A DNA stretch of 64,000 nucleotides, taken from an uncultured delta proteobacterium (lineage in GTDB: Bacteria; Myxococcota_A; Polyangia; Polyangiales; Polyangiaceae). Made by a program: the position numbers and the translations under genes. Under the pieces are notes generated by a model. That model worked only from the letters and a program-made list of their open reading frames with translations. It did no database searches and was not told the DNA's origin. Location of the stretch: assembly GCA_963806225.1 (NCBI GenBank), contig CAWDXG010000002.1, forward strand, positions 1-64,000. The letters run 5' to 3'. Every line of letters begins with the position of its first letter. The stretch's first letter is position 1. Shown here one piece after another: positions 21,985 through 32,039 of this stretch.

Positions 21985-23184
21985 CTAGACCTTCAGGATG
22001 TACGTTATCTCGGTCCTGACGCGCGGCTCGGCGAGGCGCAGGGCGAGCATGCGCTGCCGCACCTCGTCGCCGCGGTAGCCGTAGGCGGCGCCGCGCACGT
22101 CGCTGACGAGCTCCGCGCTGCCGTCGGGCTTGAACAGCTCGAACTGCCGCGCGCCGTCCTGCTCGACCACGCGCCCGACGCGGCTGTACTGCGCGTAGCT
22201 GTAGCCGCCGCCGTGGGGCAGGAGGTTCGCGTTCCGGAGCCGCGCCGTGACGCCGTGCCGCTCGGCACGGTCGCCGAAGCCGGTCTCGTCGAGCGCCTGG
22301 TCGTCGAGGTTCGGGCGCGGCTCGACCAGGTACGCGGGCAGATCCGGCGACAGCGTCAGCGGGAACAGCTGGCCGCGCGCCAGATCGTCGTCGTCGAACA
22401 CGTAGCAGCCGAGGATGGCGTCGTTGATCGCGCCCAGGCCCTGGTGCGTGCGGTTGCACGTCACCTCCAGCGGCCCGAGCAGCGCGCGCGCCAGCGCCTC
22501 GCGGCGGCGCAGGCTGAAATCCTGCGCCCACTGGTAGAACGTGAACCACTCGCGCGCGGTGTCGCCGCGCAGGATGTGCAGCGGGCCCCAGGGCGTGGCG
22601 CGCTCCTCCGCCATCGCCGCCAGCGTCGCGCTCGCGTCGTAGTAGATGCCCGGGCCCTTCGCCGTCGCCTCGCGGTGCTCGTGCCCGCTCGAATGGATGA
22701 TGGCGTAGGTCTTCGCCTTCGTGTCGGCGCCGACGTAGGTCTCACGCACCTCGCACAGATCGAGGAAGTGATTGCTCTCGGCCAGATCGAACTCCACGTC
22801 CACGCCGTCCACGACGAGCGGCGTGTCGATCAGCCGCCGCGCGCGCTCGCGGATCTCGTCCGGCGGCGGAGGGTCGTCGAGCTCCGCCACGATCATGCCG
22901 CAGGCGTTCGACTTGATGTCGAGCACCGCGAAATCGCCGCTCCACTGGATGCGGCCGCCGTAGCCGAAGCCCTGCGCCCAGCGCCGCGTGTTGCGCGTCA
23001 CCGTCGCGTCGGGCGCGCCGACGAAGGTCGCATCGGGCGGCAGCCCCAGCTCGGCCTGCACGTGCTGGATCTTGGCGATGCCGAAAGGCATGTTCGCGCC
23101 GCACAGCGCCTCGCCCACGTCGCCCACGCCGGACAGAAAACAGTGCTCCTTCGCGCGCTCCAGCGCGTCGTGCTCGGAAGGCAT
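21985..23184 (-). CDS. Divergent RtcB-like (RNA ligase fold) protein
   Basis: RtcB motifs in the correct order: PD59, C95GM, N138H139F, H164S, H247Q, H324GGG, Y370R, penultimate K398. Confidence 0.7.
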   Translation of the reverse strand: MPSEHDALERAKEHCFLSGVGDVGEALCGANMPFGIAKIQHVQAELGLPPDATFVGAPDATVTRNTRRWAQGFGYGGRIQWSGDFAVLDIKSNACGMIVAELDDPPPPDEIRERARRLIDTPLVVDGVDVEFDLAESNHFLDLCEVRETYVGADTKAKTYAIIHSSGHEHREATAKGPGIYYDASATLAAMAEERATPWGPLHILRGDTAREWFTFYQWAQDFSLRRREALARALLGPLEVTCNRTHQGLGAINDAILGCYVFDDDDLARGQLFPLTLSPDLPAYLVEPRPNLDDQALDETGFGDRAERHGVTARLRNANLLPHGGGYSYAQYSRVGRVVEQDGARQFELFKPDGSAELVSDVRGAAYGYRGDEVRQRMLALRLAEPRVRTEITYILKV

Positions 23185-23269
23185 ACGCCGCGCACCCTAA
23201 TATGCCGTAGCGTCACGTGCCAACAGCGGGGGGCTCTGCGAGCGGCCGGGGCGACGGGCTGTGCCGGAG

Positions 23270-23403
23270 CGCTCGCCGACACTTCGCCCCCACATAACCG
23301 GTTATGTCCGCCCCGATGTCGTCCCAACGCTCCGCGCCGCGACGCTCGCCGACATTTCGCCCCCACATAACCGCTTATGTCCGCCCCGATGTCGGCCCAA
23401 CGC
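23270..23403. repeat. Two direct 61-bp repeats (period 73) with internal palindrome ACATAACC(G/C)GTTATGT-type core
   Basis: 23270-23330 and 23343-23403 differ at 3 positions. Perfect 16-bp palindrome ACATAACCGGTTATGT at 23292-23307. Confidence 0.92.
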
Positions 23404-23404
23404 G

Positions 23405-23530
23405 CACGCGTCGCCGGCGCGTGGGGCCCCCGGCCGGGCGGGACGCCCGGCCTTGGTGGGCCCGCCGCCGGCTCAGCCGGCGGCGCCGTGCCAGCGACGT
23501 GCCGAGTTGGGGGCAACCCCTGTTCGGCAT
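23405..23530. other. Cluster of four consecutive stem-loops; the last may terminate the upstream minus-strand gene
   Basis: Stems at 23405-23423 (6 bp), 23432-23452 (9 bp), 23463-23485 (10 bp) and 23499-23530 (interrupted stem with GCAA loop). Confidence 0.6.
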
Positions 23531-23549
23531 GGTCGCGAGATTGGCGGGG

Positions 23550-24581
23550 CTACAGCTTGGTCGGCTGCTTGTACACGCAGGCTGTGGCGTCGCCTTCGGT
23601 CTGCTCGTAGTTGATGGAGTCGGAATAGTACGAGCGCATGAAGTCCGCGCCCCAGCACTCGACGGCGGTGACCGGCGAGTCGGCGGCGGGGATGTCGCCG
23701 CCCGAAAGCGTGATGTCGGCACGGCCGGCGCCGTCGCCATTCCAGCGGCTCTCGATCTGGATGTCCTCGAGCTGAGTGGTGTGGCTGTCGTCGACGTCGT
23801 CGTGCGCCTTGACCAGCAGGTCGCCGGTGCCGTCCTGGTTCTGCACGCTGGTGACGTTCCACCAGGCCTGCGTGGCCGTCGGCTTCACCTCGGCGGTGAC
23901 GGTGCGCACGGGAGAGAGCTTCGTGGTGATGTCCTGCGGCAGGTCGTGGGTGATCTTGATGGTTCCGGAGTCGTCCTGGTGGTCGAACGGATCGAGCTCG
24001 CGCAGCGTGTCGAGGTCGAGCGTGAAGTAGCCGTCGCCGTGCTTCGGGCTGTCCTTGCCCCAGCCGCGGCCGTCGAGCACCGCGCGGTAGTCGGCGTCGC
24101 TCTGCGAGTCCTTGGGGCGCCCTTCGAGCGCATAGTCGTATTCCTTGTCGCCCACGCGGTCGACGCGGAAGCGATAGGTCACCGGCGACAGCGAGTCGGT
24201 GTACGGACCCCAGATGGCCTCGTTCTTCGAGATCGACGTCGGCTGGGTGTTGACGACAATCCACACGCTGCCGAGCACCGCGTTCGTGACAACGTTCACG
24301 CCCTTGCGGACTTCGCGCGTGAGCCCGTAGTACTTGGCCCAGGGTCCGTTGGACCAGCCGGAGCCGGTGCCGGCTGTATGACTCTGGTCACCCTCGACCG
24401 AAGCGGTGCTGCTCTGGGCGCCGGACGCGTTCTCGGGGCCGTGCAGCTGGACCTCGCTCGCCTGCGGGATGGCGTCGCGGAACTGCGAAGCGTCATCCTG
24501 CGTCTTCAGCATGCAGCCGGGCACGAAGAGCGCGGCACCCACAGTTGTCGTCAGCATCCACACAGCGGTTCGCATCGTCAT
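23550..24581 (-). CDS. Hypothetical lipoprotein
   Basis: AALFVPGC lipobox, GGAGG SD upstream, 343-aa beta-rich ORF. Confidence 0.8.
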   Translation of the reverse strand: MTMRTAVWMLTTTVGAALFVPGCMLKTQDDASQFRDAIPQASEVQLHGPENASGAQSSTASVEGDQSHTAGTGSGWSNGPWAKYYGLTREVRKGVNVVTNAVLGSVWIVVNTQPTSISKNEAIWGPYTDSLSPVTYRFRVDRVGDKEYDYALEGRPKDSQSDADYRAVLDGRGWGKDSPKHGDGYFTLDLDTLRELDPFDHQDDSGTIKITHDLPQDITTKLSPVRTVTAEVKPTATQAWWNVTSVQNQDGTGDLLVKAHDDVDDSHTTQLEDIQIESRWNGDGAGRADITLSGGDIPAADSPVTAVECWGADFMRSYYSDSINYEQTEGDATACVYKQPTKL

Positions 24582-24768
24582 CGGCTTCCTCCACTCGTTG
24601 AGCTCGGCGTCCCTCTTTCAAGGACCGGGCCAATCCGGCACACCCCGAAAACCCTGGAAGAAGCCGCACAGTGTGATCCAGGGGGCACGAGAGGTGTGGA
24701 CGCCCGTTCTCGCTCCGCCAATGCCGCGCGTTTCCCCTGCGTTGTGGCTTGAAGTAAGCTGCTAGGTC

Positions 24769-27700
24769 ATGCGGGCCCGTCTCAACGCGGTGGAAGCCCT
24801 GGTCGGGCTGCCACGGCTCGCCGACGCCGCCGAGCGGCGCGCCAGCTGGCGCCAGGCGATCGCAGCGCTCGGGCAGAATGTCCGCGTGAAGGGGCCGCCG
24901 CCGCTCGACGGCGCCGAGCCCGCTGCACTGGCGCGCGCCGCCCAGGTGGCTCTGGAGAGCGGGTTGGCCGACGATCTGGACTGGATCGCGCCGGGTGCGG
25001 CCGCAGTTGCGCTGTACGAGCTCAGCTCCGCGCTGCCGCCGGGGCGCGAGCGACGCGACGTGGGGCGGCGCGTGTTCGCTCGCCTGTACGAAGGCACGGC
25101 CAGCACCTTCGCTGCAGTCGCAACGCGCATGGCGCTCGGCTCGGGCAAACCGCTGGAGACCGCGACCCTGCGCGCGCGGGTCGGCCTCCTGTTCGACATG
25201 CCCGTGGGCAGCAGCGTGGACGCGGACGCATTGGCGCTGACCCTGGTCTCGCGCCGTGAGCTGCTCGAGCGCTGGGTCCTCGCTCCGTCGACCGGCGCGC
25301 TTCCGGCGCGGCGACTGGCGGCCAAGCTGCTGGAGCACGCGGCCCGCGAAGCAGTGATGCGCGCACAGCAGGGCGATCCGCACGCGCGCGATCTGTTCCT
25401 GGGCGAAAATATCCGGCCGGTGTTCCAGCGACTGCTCGCCGACCGCGAGCCCCTGGTGTGGCGCCACGCGGCCGTGGCGCGCGGCCTGCTCGCCGCAGTG
25501 GCGTCGCGGCTGCGCGAAGAGATCGAGCTGGCGCTGGATCCGGCGCTCACACCGACCGAGTGGCGCCGCGCCGCGGTCTCGCTGGCAGCGAGCATCGTGG
25601 GCGATCCCGAGCTCTCCCCGAAAAGCTGCCGGGCGCTGCTGCACAGCGAGATCGCCGTCAAGGATCCGGGCATCGCGGCAACCATGGTGTGGGGCTTGCC
25701 CCGCGTGATCGAGGCGGAGCCGGATCTCGCCGAGGAGCTGCTCGACCGTCTGAGCACCACACGGCGCCCCGACGTCGCCGAAGCGACCGCCAGCCTGCTG
25801 GGCGACACGCTGCACGCCACGTTCGGGGCGCGCGCAGCCGGCACACTGCGCGCCGTGCTGGCCTCGCGCGCCGAGAGCGAGAGCCCCGCGCAGCGGGCGA
25901 TCACCGAGCGGGCTCTGCGCGTGCTGGACCGCGAGCACGTGGACGACGGAGCGTGCAGGAGCACGTGCGCCGCGCGCTGGTCGCCTACGAGACATCGGGG
26001 GCGCGCGCCGCGCACGAGCTGGCGCTCCACGCCGTCGCGGCGGCACAGAAGAACCTCGACCAGATCGTCGCGCACGACGCGCTCGACGAGGAGGCGCTGC
26101 CGGTGGGGCTCGGCCTCTTGACAGATCTGGACACCAGCGCGCTGGAGCGCTCGCGTCTGCCCGACCTCCTGCTGCTCGGCCGCCGCCCGGGCGACAGCGA
26201 CAGCCAGCGTGCCGGAGATGGAGCAGATCTATCAGCGGATCAGCAGCTGGATCCTCGACGGCGAGGCGCGCGCCGTCGACGCCCCCTGGTCGCGCAGCGG
26301 CTCGCTCGCACAGCGGCGGTTGCTCGTGGCGCTGCTGCATCTGGTGGATCTGGACACCGCTCGCAGCGATACCGATCAGGCCGGGGCGGGCGTGCGCGCC
26401 CGCGTGCGCCGCACGATCCAGGTGCTGGGCCGCTATCTGGCTTCGGGCCCGGACGCATCCGTGCACCGCATCCTGTGTGCCACGCTGGCCCGCAGCTTCG
26501 ACGCCGCGGTGCGCGAGGGCGTCGCGGAGCCGAGCGACCTCCTGCTGCTCGTCGCCCAGCTGATCGCGGACCGGCACAGCATCGCGACGATCAGCGAGGC
26601 CTCGACGCATCCGGACGTGAGCGGGTCGATGGGCGCGTACGCGGAGTTTCTGGGTGCCAGTCGCCACGGCCGAGAATGGAATCGCGCGCCGAGATCACCT
26701 CGGACACCGCCAGCGCGATGAGCATCGCCGGCAGCGACGACGAGTCGGCGATGGCACGGCGTGTGGTGCGGCTCAGCCGCGGGCTCGGCGCGGGGGGCTC
26801 GTACCGGAGCGAGGCGCTGCGCCAGGTCGTGCTGCGCATGGGCCGCGCGCTCGAGGTGGTGGCGGCAGCGCGCGGATTGAACGAGTTGGCCGACAGCACG
26901 GCTCCGGAGAGGATCGCGGTCGGCGAGCTCGAGACGAGCCGCCTCCGAGCTCCGGCGCCTGGCATCCGGCGCCCAACGCCGCCTCATGGACGATGACGCT
27001 CGGCCGACATCGCGGTGGTCACCGACGTGGCTCCTCTCAGCGCGCCTGATCGGCTCGCGCCGTCAATGTCGGCGTCCCCGCCAACACCCAGCAGATCGGC
27101 ATGGCGATCGGCGAGCTGGTCGGCGGAGCTGCCCCACGGGCTGGCCGCGGCGATCAAGCGTGTGGTCGAGCGCATCGAAGAGCTGCCGGTCGCAGCTGCG
27201 AGCGACGTGTACGCGATACCGCTCGGCAAGCGCCGCACCGCCCTGCCCGACTGGCTACTCCCACGCAGGACCATCGGCGCCTTCTACGTGGTCCGCGCGC
27301 TCGGCACCGGCGGCGTCAGCTCGGTGTTCGTCGCCCGGCGCATGGAGGAGCGACATGACCCCAAGGCCGAGTCCTTCGCCCTCAAGGTGCCGGAGTTCGA
27401 TCCGGCCACCGCGCGCAGCCTGTCGGAGCAGGAATTCCTCCAGATGTTCCGCGAGGAGGCCGGAGCGTTGCTGTCCCTGCCCCAGCATCCGAACCTGGCG
27501 CGCTTCGTCACGTTCGACATGGCAGCGCGGCCGAAGCCGATCCTGGTGATGGAGCTCATCCGGGGCCAGGGGCTCGACCGGCTCGTGCGCAGCCGCTCCC
27601 TCTCGACCCAGCGTGCGCTGCACCACCTCGACGGGATCCTGGCCGGGCTGGAGGCCATGCACGGAGTCGGGCGTCGGCCACCTCGACGTGAAACCTTCAA

Positions 27701-28158
27701 ACGTGATCCTCCGCGACGGCGAAACCCCGGTGCTGGTGGATTTCGGGCTCAGCGGACGGCAGCTCAGGCCGGGTTGCGGCACGCTCGAGTTCTGCGCGCC
27801 CGAGGTTCTGGGCGTGGTGCCGGACGGCGTGACGCCCTCCCCGCTGCAAGCCGACATGTATGCCTTCGCGTGCACAGCGTTCGAGGTGCTGACCGCAGAG
27901 CCACTTTTCGAAGCCCAGGACGAGACCGGCCTGATCACGGCTCAAGTATCGCATGATGGTTGGCCACCCAAGCTCGCGGAATTCGGTCGTTCCCAGGAGT
28001 TCTCTGGGCTCGGCGTAGTGCTGGCGGCCTGTCTCCGGCGCGATCCCCGCGACCGGCCGACAGCCAGCGAAACCCGTGCCGCGCTTTCGCAGGCCGGCAC
28101 CGCGCTCGGGGGCCTCCGCTGGCCCCTCCAGCTGCCGGAAACCGCTGCCAGCGCCTGA
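24769..28158 (+). CDS. Large Ser/Thr protein kinase with C-terminal kinase domain, broken by several frameshifts
   Basis: Successive + strand fragments form a helical N-terminal region followed by LGTGGVSSV, FALKV, HPNLARF, HLDVKPSN, DFG, GTLEFCAPE, DMYAF. Confidence 0.8.
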
Positions 28159-28170
28159 AGCTGCCCGTCG

Positions 28171-28773
28171 ATGATGTTGCGTCCCGGCATCGAGAGTGTC
28201 CGGTTCCGGACCGGACGAAGCTGGCTCTGGGGCATGCTGGTGGCTCTGGCAACTGGAGCGGGCTGTCACCCGGATTCGGGAGCCACGGTCCAGCTCGTCG
28301 TCGGCCGCGGCGACGCCGGACAGAGAAGCTTCGTGCCCAGGACGGCGTTGGCTCGATACGTGGAGCTGCCGCGCGAGCACAACGAGCTGATCCTGACGCT
28401 GTCGAGCTACGAGGCCTCGTGCGAGCGGTTCGTGCCGCCCGGGGCCGGCCAGGCTTCGGTCACGGTGACCATCGTGACGCCACCGGGCCGGAAGCCGGGA
28501 GCCGGAAGCTATGACTGGAGCGGGCCCGATCCGCGCGGCGGAACGAAGAGCCGCCCCGAGCACGCCTACGCCGAGCCTACCGCCCGCATCGGGTCCCGCA
28601 GCTACATCTTCCCGCCCGGCGGCAGCGTGCAGCTCAAACGCGTTGCGCTCGACCCCCACGGCCGCGTGGACGGCCTGCTGGCGTTCGAGTTCCCGGGCGA
28701 TGCGGAGCGCCCGGCCATGAGCATCAAGGGACGCTTCCACGCGAAGATCTGCCGCCTGGACAAGGCAGATTGA
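28171..28773 (+). CDS. Hypothetical lipoprotein
   Basis: LVALATGAGC lipobox-like motif; fits between the kinase and the transporter. Start uncertain. Confidence 0.6.
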   Translation: MMLRPGIESVRFRTGRSWLWGMLVALATGAGCHPDSGATVQLVVGRGDAGQRSFVPRTALARYVELPREHNELILTLSSYEASCERFVPPGAGQASVTVTIVTPPGRKPGAGSYDWSGPDPRGGTKSRPEHAYAEPTARIGSRSYIFPPGGSVQLKRVALDPHGRVDGLLAFEFPGDAERPAMSIKGRFHAKICRLDKAD

Positions 28774-30017
28774 GCCGCTTGGCACGCTTCCTGGGGCTCT
28801 CGTCCGACGACATGCGCTCGACGCGGGCGCTGGGCACCGTCATCGGCCTGTACACGCTCGCCGAGTTCCTGGTCGAGGGGGTGGCGACCGCAGCGTTCCT
28901 GGCGCGGATCGGCGCTGCGTTGCTCCCGCTTGCGCTGGCGGCCCGGGCGCTGGCCGAGGTCGTGCTGTCGGTCGGCTTCGGCCAGCTTGCCGCCCGCTGG
29001 AGCGCGGCGCGCACCCTGCGCAGCGTGGCGCTGCTCGGCGCGGTCGCGGTCGCTGTGTGCGCCCTGATCGCCGGCACCTCGGCCGGGGTGTGGGCCGCGT
29101 TCGTCACCGCTTCAGTGCTGGCGCGGCTGCGCGTGATCCACTTCGGCGTGCTGGCGCTGGAGGAGCTGGAGGGCGGCTCGGCGCCGCGCGCACTGCCGGT
29201 CGTGTACGCCTGCGCCCGCGCCGGCGCGATCCTGGCCGGTCCGGTGCTGGCGCTGGCCGCGGGACCGCTGGGTGCTGCGCCGCTCTTGGCGGTCGCTGCG
29301 GCGGTCTACGCGCTGGGCGCGCTGATGCAGGGGCGGTGGCTGGGCGACGGGGCGACGGCGCGCTCGGTTCCGCCCCCGAGTCTGCAGCAGGACGAGGAGG
29401 CGCTCCCGTCCCTGCCCGGCCGGGTGCCGGAACGAACGCCACGTTGGCTGCTCGGTGCGATCCTGATCGGAGCCGCGGCGCTCGCAGCCGGCCGCATCGC
29501 ACTGCGCACGCAAAGCGGCGCGATCCTGCAAGCGAGCTTCTCCGAAGCGCGCCTGGCCAGCGTGCTCGGCGTGTACTTCGCCGTGGCGGGCAGCGCGGCG
29601 CTGGTGCTGCAGCTGGGGGTGGTGGGACGCGTGCTCTCCGCCGATGGCTTGCCGTGGCTCAACCTGGGTTGGGCTGGTGCGTATCTGGGTGCCCAGTTGC
29701 TGCTCGCGTTCGGCCCGGCGACCGTGGCCATCGCCCTGGGCGCCCGGCTGGTGGAGAGCGAGCTGCGCAACGCCGTCCGCACGCCGGTGGCCAACCTGCT
29801 CTACGACGCGATGCCGCCCGAGCGCAGGGCCCCGGCCCGGACACTCGTGATCGGCGTGACGATACCGCTGGTCTCGCTCGCCGGCGGCCTGGCTCTGGGG
29901 GTGACGGGCGCGCCCCCCGCTGCCCTCGCCGCCGTGGGCATCGCGGCCGCCGTGGTGCTCGCGCTCGCTGCCTGGGCCCAGAACCGGGCCTGGCGCACGT
30001 CGCTGCCCGCCCGATGA
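28770..30017 (+). CDS. MFS-like multi-pass membrane protein (Npt/TLC nucleotide-transporter-like)
   Basis: About 12 hydrophobic helices in two halves; NAVRTPVANLLYDAMP motif; start overlaps the previous stop. Confidence 0.65.
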   Translation: MSRLARFLGLSSDDMRSTRALGTVIGLYTLAEFLVEGVATAAFLARIGAALLPLALAARALAEVVLSVGFGQLAARWSAARTLRSVALLGAVAVAVCALIAGTSAGVWAAFVTASVLARLRVIHFGVLALEELEGGSAPRALPVVYACARAGAILAGPVLALAAGPLGAAPLLAVAAAVYALGALMQGRWLGDGATARSVPPPSLQQDEEALPSLPGRVPERTPRWLLGAILIGAAALAAGRIALRTQSGAILQASFSEARLASVLGVYFAVAGSAALVLQLGVVGRVLSADGLPWLNLGWAGAYLGAQLLLAFGPATVAIALGARLVESELRNAVRTPVANLLYDAMPPERRAPARTLVIGVTIPLVSLAGGLALGVTGAPPAALAAVGIAAAVVLALAAWAQNRAWRTSLPAR

Positions 30018-30080
30018 GGGCATTTGTCAGCACGGTGCCGCCTCGGGTAGGTTCGGCCGAGCCTGACCGGGGAGACACCG

Positions 30081-32039
30081 ATGCATTTTCCAAGCCTCAG
30101 CGTCCGCGGCAAGATCATGGGCACCATCATCGTGGTTGCAGCGGTGGTGCTCGCGCTCGGCTCGTATGCCGCGTTCAACGCGGTCCGCAACGCGGAAGGC
30201 CGGGGCCGCTATCTGGAAAAGCACTACCTCCGGTTCGAGTCGACGCTGGCGGATGCCGGGACCGGTGACTTCGCAGCCGCACTGCTCATGGCGAGCGACC
30301 CGACGCTGGCCCAGGCGCTCCAGGCGGGGGAGCCCGCGCAGGTGGTGGAAGCGTCGAAGCGACTGTCGGAGGCGCTGCAGGGCACGATCGCGCCGGACCT
30401 GTTCGTGATCTCCGACGCGAAGGGCAACACGTTCAGCGGAGGCAGCCTGAGGCCGGTCCCCTCCGACCAGTGGCGCTCGATGCGCCTGTACCAGGACCTG
30501 CGCGGTGGCAAGGGCGTGCGCGGCAAGCTGGCCGTGATCGGCAACCACGCCTACCGCGTTGCCGGCGCGCCCGTGAAGAACGGAAACCAGATCGTCGGCA
30601 CGGTGATGATCGCCGAGCAGCTCGATCGCTTCCTTGACCAGTTCGCGGCCAACTCCGGCTCGGACAAGCCCGCCAAGCAGCACCGCGTCTCGCTGGTCTC
30701 GCGCGACAAGGTGCTGGCCAGCGCCATGCCGAAGAAGGACTGGGGTCCACTGGTCAAGGCGGTGGAGGCTCCGGGCACCGCGCGAGAAGGCAAGATCACG
30801 GTACCTGTGCTCGACGTGGGCGGCTCGCTGTACGACTTCTGGAGCGCGCCGGTGCACGGCTACGAGCGCAGCGGCGACCCGGAAACGAACGTGATCGGCA
30901 CGTTCTACCTGGTGCGCACGCGCTCTCACGTCACGGCCGACCTGCGCGAGGCGTACCTGGGCATCGGCGGCTTCTTCGGGCTCGCGCTCTTGATCGCCTT
31001 GCTCTTCGGCTACCTGCTGGCCGTGCAGATCACACGCCCGCTCCGGCGCTACATCGAGGTGACCGGGGATCTGTCGCGCGGGCAGGCCGATCTCGGCAAG
31101 CGCCTCGCAGTCGAGACGGGTGACGAGCTGGGTGTCCTGGCGCGCAACCTCAACCGGGCGTTTGCCAAGATCCACAGCCTGGCCGCCAGCGTGCAGCGCT
31201 CCGCGTTCCAGGTGAACTCGTCCAGCGGCGAGATCTCGACCGTGAGCAAGCAGATGCTCGACGGCGCCAAGCAGCAGGCCGGCAAGATCTCCAACTCGAC
31301 AGCCGCCGTCACCGAGCTTTCCTCGTCGATCCAGCAGGTCGCCGAGAACGCGGCCGAGGCGACCCGCCGCGCCAAGGCCAGCGGCGAAGCGGTCACGCGG
31401 GCGATCCAGAGGCTGGGCCAGATCCGCCAGACCGTGGAGGACGCCGCCAACCGCATCGGCATGCTCGGCGAGAGTGGCAAGCGCATCGGCAACATTGTCG
31501 AGGTGATCCGCCAGATCAGCGAGCAGACGACCATGCTGGCGCTGAACGCCGCGATCGAGGCCGCGCACGCGGGCGAGCACGGCCGGGGCTTCGCGGTGGT
31601 CGCCGACGAGGTCAGCTCGTTGGCCAAGCGCACCGGCCAGAGCGCCCGCGACATCGAGGACCTGATCGCCACCATCCGCGACCAGACCGGCGAAGCGGTG
31701 CGCACGATGCAGGAGGGGTCGAGCGAGGTGGAGGAAGGCACGGGTCTGGTGGAAGCCACGCTCGCCGACCTCAAGACACTGGTCAACGTCATCGACGACA
31801 CCGCGTCGGCAGTGCAGGAGCAGGCCATCGCCTCCGACGAGATCGCGCGCAACATGGACGCCGTGCAGCGCATCGCCGACGAGGTCCTCGCATCGAGCGA
31901 GAACGCCGTGACCCAGGGAGACCGGCTGCAGAAGCTCGCCGACGAGCTGGAGGAGAGTGTGAAGGGATTCCGTATCGATCCGGAGCGCGCGCTGCTCGAC
32001 GAAGCCGAGCTCAAGGCGCTGCCGGAGGGCCATTCGTGA
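30081..32039 (+). CDS. Methyl-accepting chemotaxis protein
   Basis: Two TMs flanking a periplasmic sensor; HAMP ([14 protein letters not shown]); signalling hairpin [30 protein letters not shown]. Confidence 0.95.
   Translation: MHFPSLSVRGKIMGTIIVVAAVVLALGSYAAFNAVRNAEGRGRYLEKHYLRFESTLADAGTGDFAAALLMASDPTLAQALQAGEPAQVVEASKRLSEALQGTIAPDLFVISDAKGNTFSGGSLRPVPSDQWRSMRLYQDLRGGKGVRGKLAVIGNHAYRVAGAPVKNGNQIVGTVMIAEQLDRFLDQFAANSGSDKPAKQHRVSLVSRDKVLASAMPKKDWGPLVKAVEAPGTAREGKITVPVLDVGGSLYDFWSAPVHGYERSGDPETNVIGTFYLVRTRSHVTADLREAYLGIGGFFGLALLIALLFGYLLAVQITRPLRRYIEVTGDLSRGQADLGKRLAVETGDELGVLARNLNRAFAKIHSLAASVQRSAFQVNSSSGEISTVSKQMLDGAKQQAGKISNSTAAVTELSSSIQQVAENAAEATRRAKASGEAVTRAIQRLGQIRQTVEDAANRIGMLGESGKRIGNIVEVIRQISEQTTMLALNAAIEAAHAGEHGRGFAVVADEVSSLAKRTGQSARDIEDLIATIRDQTGEAVRTMQEGSSEVEEGTGLVEATLADLKTLVNVIDDTASAVQEQAIASDEIARNMDAVQRIADEVLASSENAVTQGDRLQKLADELEESVKGFRIDPERALLDEAELKALPEGHS

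Noticed and set aside
23205..23223. Sigma-54 promoter for the RtcB-like gene (TGGCACG present)
   Set aside because: The GC of the -12 element falls 2 nt too early (GG-N8-GC). A TTGGCA-N18-TAGGGT sigma-70-type reading fits better.
23287..23312. CATAA-N4-TTATGT as a dif/Xer site
   Set aside because: dif needs a 6-bp central region and an AT-rich XerD arm (TTATGTTAAAT). Here the spacer is 4 bp and the arm continues CCGCC.
23270..23403. Tandem repeats as a CRISPR array
   Set aside because: Only two units, 61 bp long with a 12-bp spacer, and no cas genes in the window.
23395..23512. GCCCAAC...GTTGGGG hairpin as an integron attC site
   Set aside because: The L-box spacing and extrahelical base pattern do not fit, no integron integrase or cassette array is present, and GC-rich pairing can arise by chance.
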